Shown: positions 60,518-64,000 of the stretch, piece by piece
Layout: each line of letters begins with the position of its first letter
Numbering within the stretch: the stretch's first letter is position 1
Assembly (NCBI GenBank): GCA_002245135.1
Contig: NGBS01000315.1
Location: forward strand, 1 to 64,000
DNA length: 64,000 nucleotides
Source of the DNA: Proteromonas lacertae
Lineage: Eukaryota
Reading direction: 5' to 3'
Program-made: the position numbers and the translations under genes
Notes under the pieces: model-generated
What the model was told of the DNA's origin: nothing
Database searches by the model: none
The model's input: only the letters and a program-made list of their open reading frames with translations

Positions 60518-63200
60518 TTATTTAATATTGGCAGTTATATCATCATGCCCACAATCTCCTTTTGTTCCACTTCCACCAATTCCATTACTTGAACGATATC
60601 CACCAAAACACCTACAGCCTTTACGGGATGTATCGCAGATTCCATTATTGGAACATTCATAACATCTCTTACGAAGATTTATTGCTAATTCTTCTGGTTC
60701 ATCTTTGTTATTTGAATCTTTATTATCTTTATCAACATTTTCTTTAAATCCTGTAAATGTATTATCTGTGCCTGTGTTTGATTTAAAATATCCTTTCTTT
60801 CTGTTGGATATTTGTAATTCTGCTGGATTGAAATCCATTGTGATTAATAAATCTTCTTTACAATAAAATGCTGGAAATCTTATATCAACTATTGTACCAT
60901 CAGTTGAACAAACTTTTAACGATGGTGGAGGTGTTGCTGTAGATGGTGAAGGTGTTGTTGTAGATGGAGTTCCAAATGCAACAAATAAATCATATGATCC
61001 TGCATCCTTTAATGTTATTCTATCAGTTTTAGTATATGCATTTTTAACTCTTATGGCTCTTGATTTCTTAATTGCTTCAGCAACTTCAGATTCTGTCATA
61101 GCTGCATGTAATGGAACAACTTTTTCATTCAATGATAATTCAAACCATTGATCAGATGATGGTGTTTTTTTGTCTAAAGTTTTACATTTAAATCTAAATC
61201 CAACAGCAGCACCATCTGCTCCAGAGTTATTATACATATTATCATTTCCCACTTTCATTGTTTTCAATTCATAAGGATCTGGACCATATGGACAATAAGC
61301 TATTTAATAATAATAATATATTTATATACGTGTACTGCAATCATCACCACTATATCCTTTATAACAAACACATCTACTAACACTATCCAATTCCCAACCA
61401 TCTTTAGCTTCAATTCCTTCACGATTCTTATATTCTCTTAATGTCAAACATTTACCATGACCACTACAAACAGCTCCAGTAGCAGATGGACATTTATCTA
61501 CAATAAATAATATAATAGATTATACTATTTTGACAAGCAGATCCACTAAATCCATCAAAACAATTACAGTCTCCTATTGCTCTATTACACACACCTCTGT
61601 TACTACATTCCGCTAATTTATGAGCTTCTCCTGTATTAATATCAACTTGATCAAACCAAGCCAAACCTTTTGGACAAACATCTAATCAAATATATAATAT
61701 AATAATAATAATATAATAATAAATACATTCACTACAATTATGACCTGTGCTTCTTTCATTACAAATACAATACAATTCATCCTCAACACATGTTCCTCTA
61801 TCACTACAAAGTGCTTTACCATTTAGAGAACTTGGTGAATCAACTATAATAATAATAATAATAATATATATATATATATATATATACTGTAAGGACAACC
61901 TGGAGTATTATCTTTCCCATCATCATCATAAATATATTTGTCAATTTTATATCCACAATCATTAACATTACCTGATGCATGTTCAGGATATCCTGTACTA
62001 GAGGAGAAACCTGGATCACATTTACAACTTCCACTATCACAAGTTCCTCTGCTAGAACATTCTGTTGGCTGAGCATCAGTTTGTCTCCAATATTGTTTAT
62101 GAGATGGTAAATATTTCTTACCTTCACTATTTACAATCTTAATTATTGGTATTCTATAATATATATATAATTATATATTTTATACTGTTTTAATGGTTTT
62201 TTAATGATAATATCCAAGTAATTACCAGTATCAGCTAAAATTCTTCTTGCTGAAGGTATTTTATAATCATCATCATTTTCTTTTGTAGGAATTGATGGAT
62301 TAACAGAAGGAACTTCAGTTGCACTACCATAAACATCTACAACTACATCATCTGCTAAAGCAGCAAATCCAAATTTCTATATAAATAATAATCATAAAAA
62401 TCATACAACCATAGCTTCAGCTATATTCTTCTTTTGCATTTCAGCATCATCTGTTAAATAGACATTATACTTTTTTCCACTAAAAATATAATAACAGTAA
62501 ATGTACATACTTTGCTGAAAATATATAAATATATTCTGTATTTGTAAGTGATCTTAAAGTATTAAATTCAGAGTGCTTATATATTTGTCTTGATGGTAAA
62601 TAAACTCTCATTGGATCAAGATTTTCAACACATGTTCCTATATGAATAACAATATAAATAACAATACTTATAGAACAATCACTACCTTTATATCCTTCAT
62701 CGCATTTGCAACCATAAGTTGAATCTTTATCCCAATTTGAATAATCATTTCCTTGAGAGATTTTAACACATATTCCATGATTACTACATACCTTATTTTT
62801 GCTATTTACTGGGCAGTTTAATACTCCACAGGATGGACCACTAAATCCGTTTGGACATTCACATACTCCTTCTACACATTTGCCTATTCCACTACACTCT
62901 TCTTGAGTTCTGTTTGCGTATAGTTTTTCAGAGTCAAACCATGTCGGTCCTTCAGGACATTTTACTATTTATCAATAAAACTCTCTTAATAAATACTTTG
63001 ATTACAAGTCACTCCTTTGTATTTATCATAACAGATGCAACGACTATGACCAAAATCGTATCCAAATAATGGATGTTTTATACCACAATATCCGTGAACA
63101 CTGAAAATATACAAGATTAATCATACCATGTGCTATTACTACAAATAGCTGATACATGTGCCATGTATATCATGAAAATAAATATAACAAGATTTTTCAT
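60518..63200 (-). CDS. Large secreted EGF-like protein, mastigoneme type (multi-exon)
   Basis: Signal peptide; CPxGxxWFD...ECSxxGxC modules twice; C-terminal ECSNNGICD...GDCG. Confidence 0.75.
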
Positions 63201-63345
63201 CTGTTTATTATCTTGTTACGTTAATCAAGCCAAAAATAAAAGTTTGACAAAGGTTTGAGAATTTTTATATTTTCTCGATTTTCTCTTTTAATACAAATCA
63301 AATAGAAAGAATAATAAACAATTTTTAATCATGATATAGTTTTAT

Positions 63346-64000
63346 TTAGAGTTGACAAAATTTTATCAAATCAGGCAACAAACTTGGATTAAGTTGATCT
63401 GGTTGATAATTAGAGATTCTACTCACAATATTGGCTTTCAATTGACTATTTCCATTCTTATAAACAGCTGTACCAATCACTCTCAAACATAAATTCTTAA
63501 TATTTGGATCTTCATCATGTTCATATATGTAAAAACATCCTTGTAACAGTTTATCCATATCATCTAAATTATTATTCAAATTATTATCAATATTGTTCAA
63601 AATTGCATAATTCATCAATAATCCAGCTGTAGTGATAAAACATTTGTGTTGTTCATTTCTTTCTAAGTAATACATCATATGTTGGAAAAATAAAGATTTC
63701 TATTTATGAAATTAAAGATAAATTAATAAATTATACGAAATTGAGTAATAAATCATGAGGAGGTCTATTTTTAAACAGATTACATATTAACTTATAAAAT
63801 AAGCCAATTGTAATACTTGGTACTTCATTCGATTTTTCTAATATCTTATTATACAATGCAAATATCACTCCTTCACCTTTATTAATGAGTAATTCTTTAC
63901 CAGATGGATGAACTGATATATGTCTCATAAAATCACATGATACAAACAGGTTTGAAGGTGTAAATAGTTCAATTGAATCGTTAATGATTGGTATTACTTT
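63346..64000 (-). CDS. PUL-domain protein (PLAA/Doa1-like), 3' part only
   Basis: KLICNLF, AGLLMNYA, LCLRVIGT armadillo-like PUL pattern. Confidence 0.55.

Noticed and set aside
1..64000. Alternative genetic code as the cause of fragmented host ORFs
   Set aside because: Breaks are explained by short GT-AG introns; TAA, TAG and TGA all terminate intact genes

Overview
This is a very AT-rich eukaryotic contig with 26-39 nt GT-AG introns, TGTTTGTT motifs 3' of several genes and mastigoneme-type EGF proteins. Together these suggest a Blastocystis-like/opalinatan stramenopile (inference). Positions 1 to ~15.6 kb are a gene-dense, almost intronless endogenous Polinton-like virus (PLV) whose left end lies outside the window. 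It carries a minor capsid, a frameshifted major capsid, an A32-type packaging ATPase, small basic proteins with adenovirus pVI-like amphipathic helices and GG/GxG protease-type sites, a recurring upstream motif and two palindrome arrays. A 625-bp TGTTG...CAACA foldback element with a 6-bp TSD interrupts the viral ATPase, and two relatives sit at 28.2-29.4 kb. The rest is host DNA: three pseudokinase-LRR paralogues (two damaged), a pseudokinase-TPR gene built from one-repeat-per-exon cassettes, and housekeeping genes (GOS1 SNARE, PH-RGS, Sel1-CaaX, kinesin-2, kelch, CNOT10, RhoGEF, aprataxin, BCDIN3D-like, Hv1-like channel, EGF proteins, PUL-domain protein). No polymerase, integrase or protease of the virus is visible here. 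All protein calls are by eye from motifs, not from database searches.
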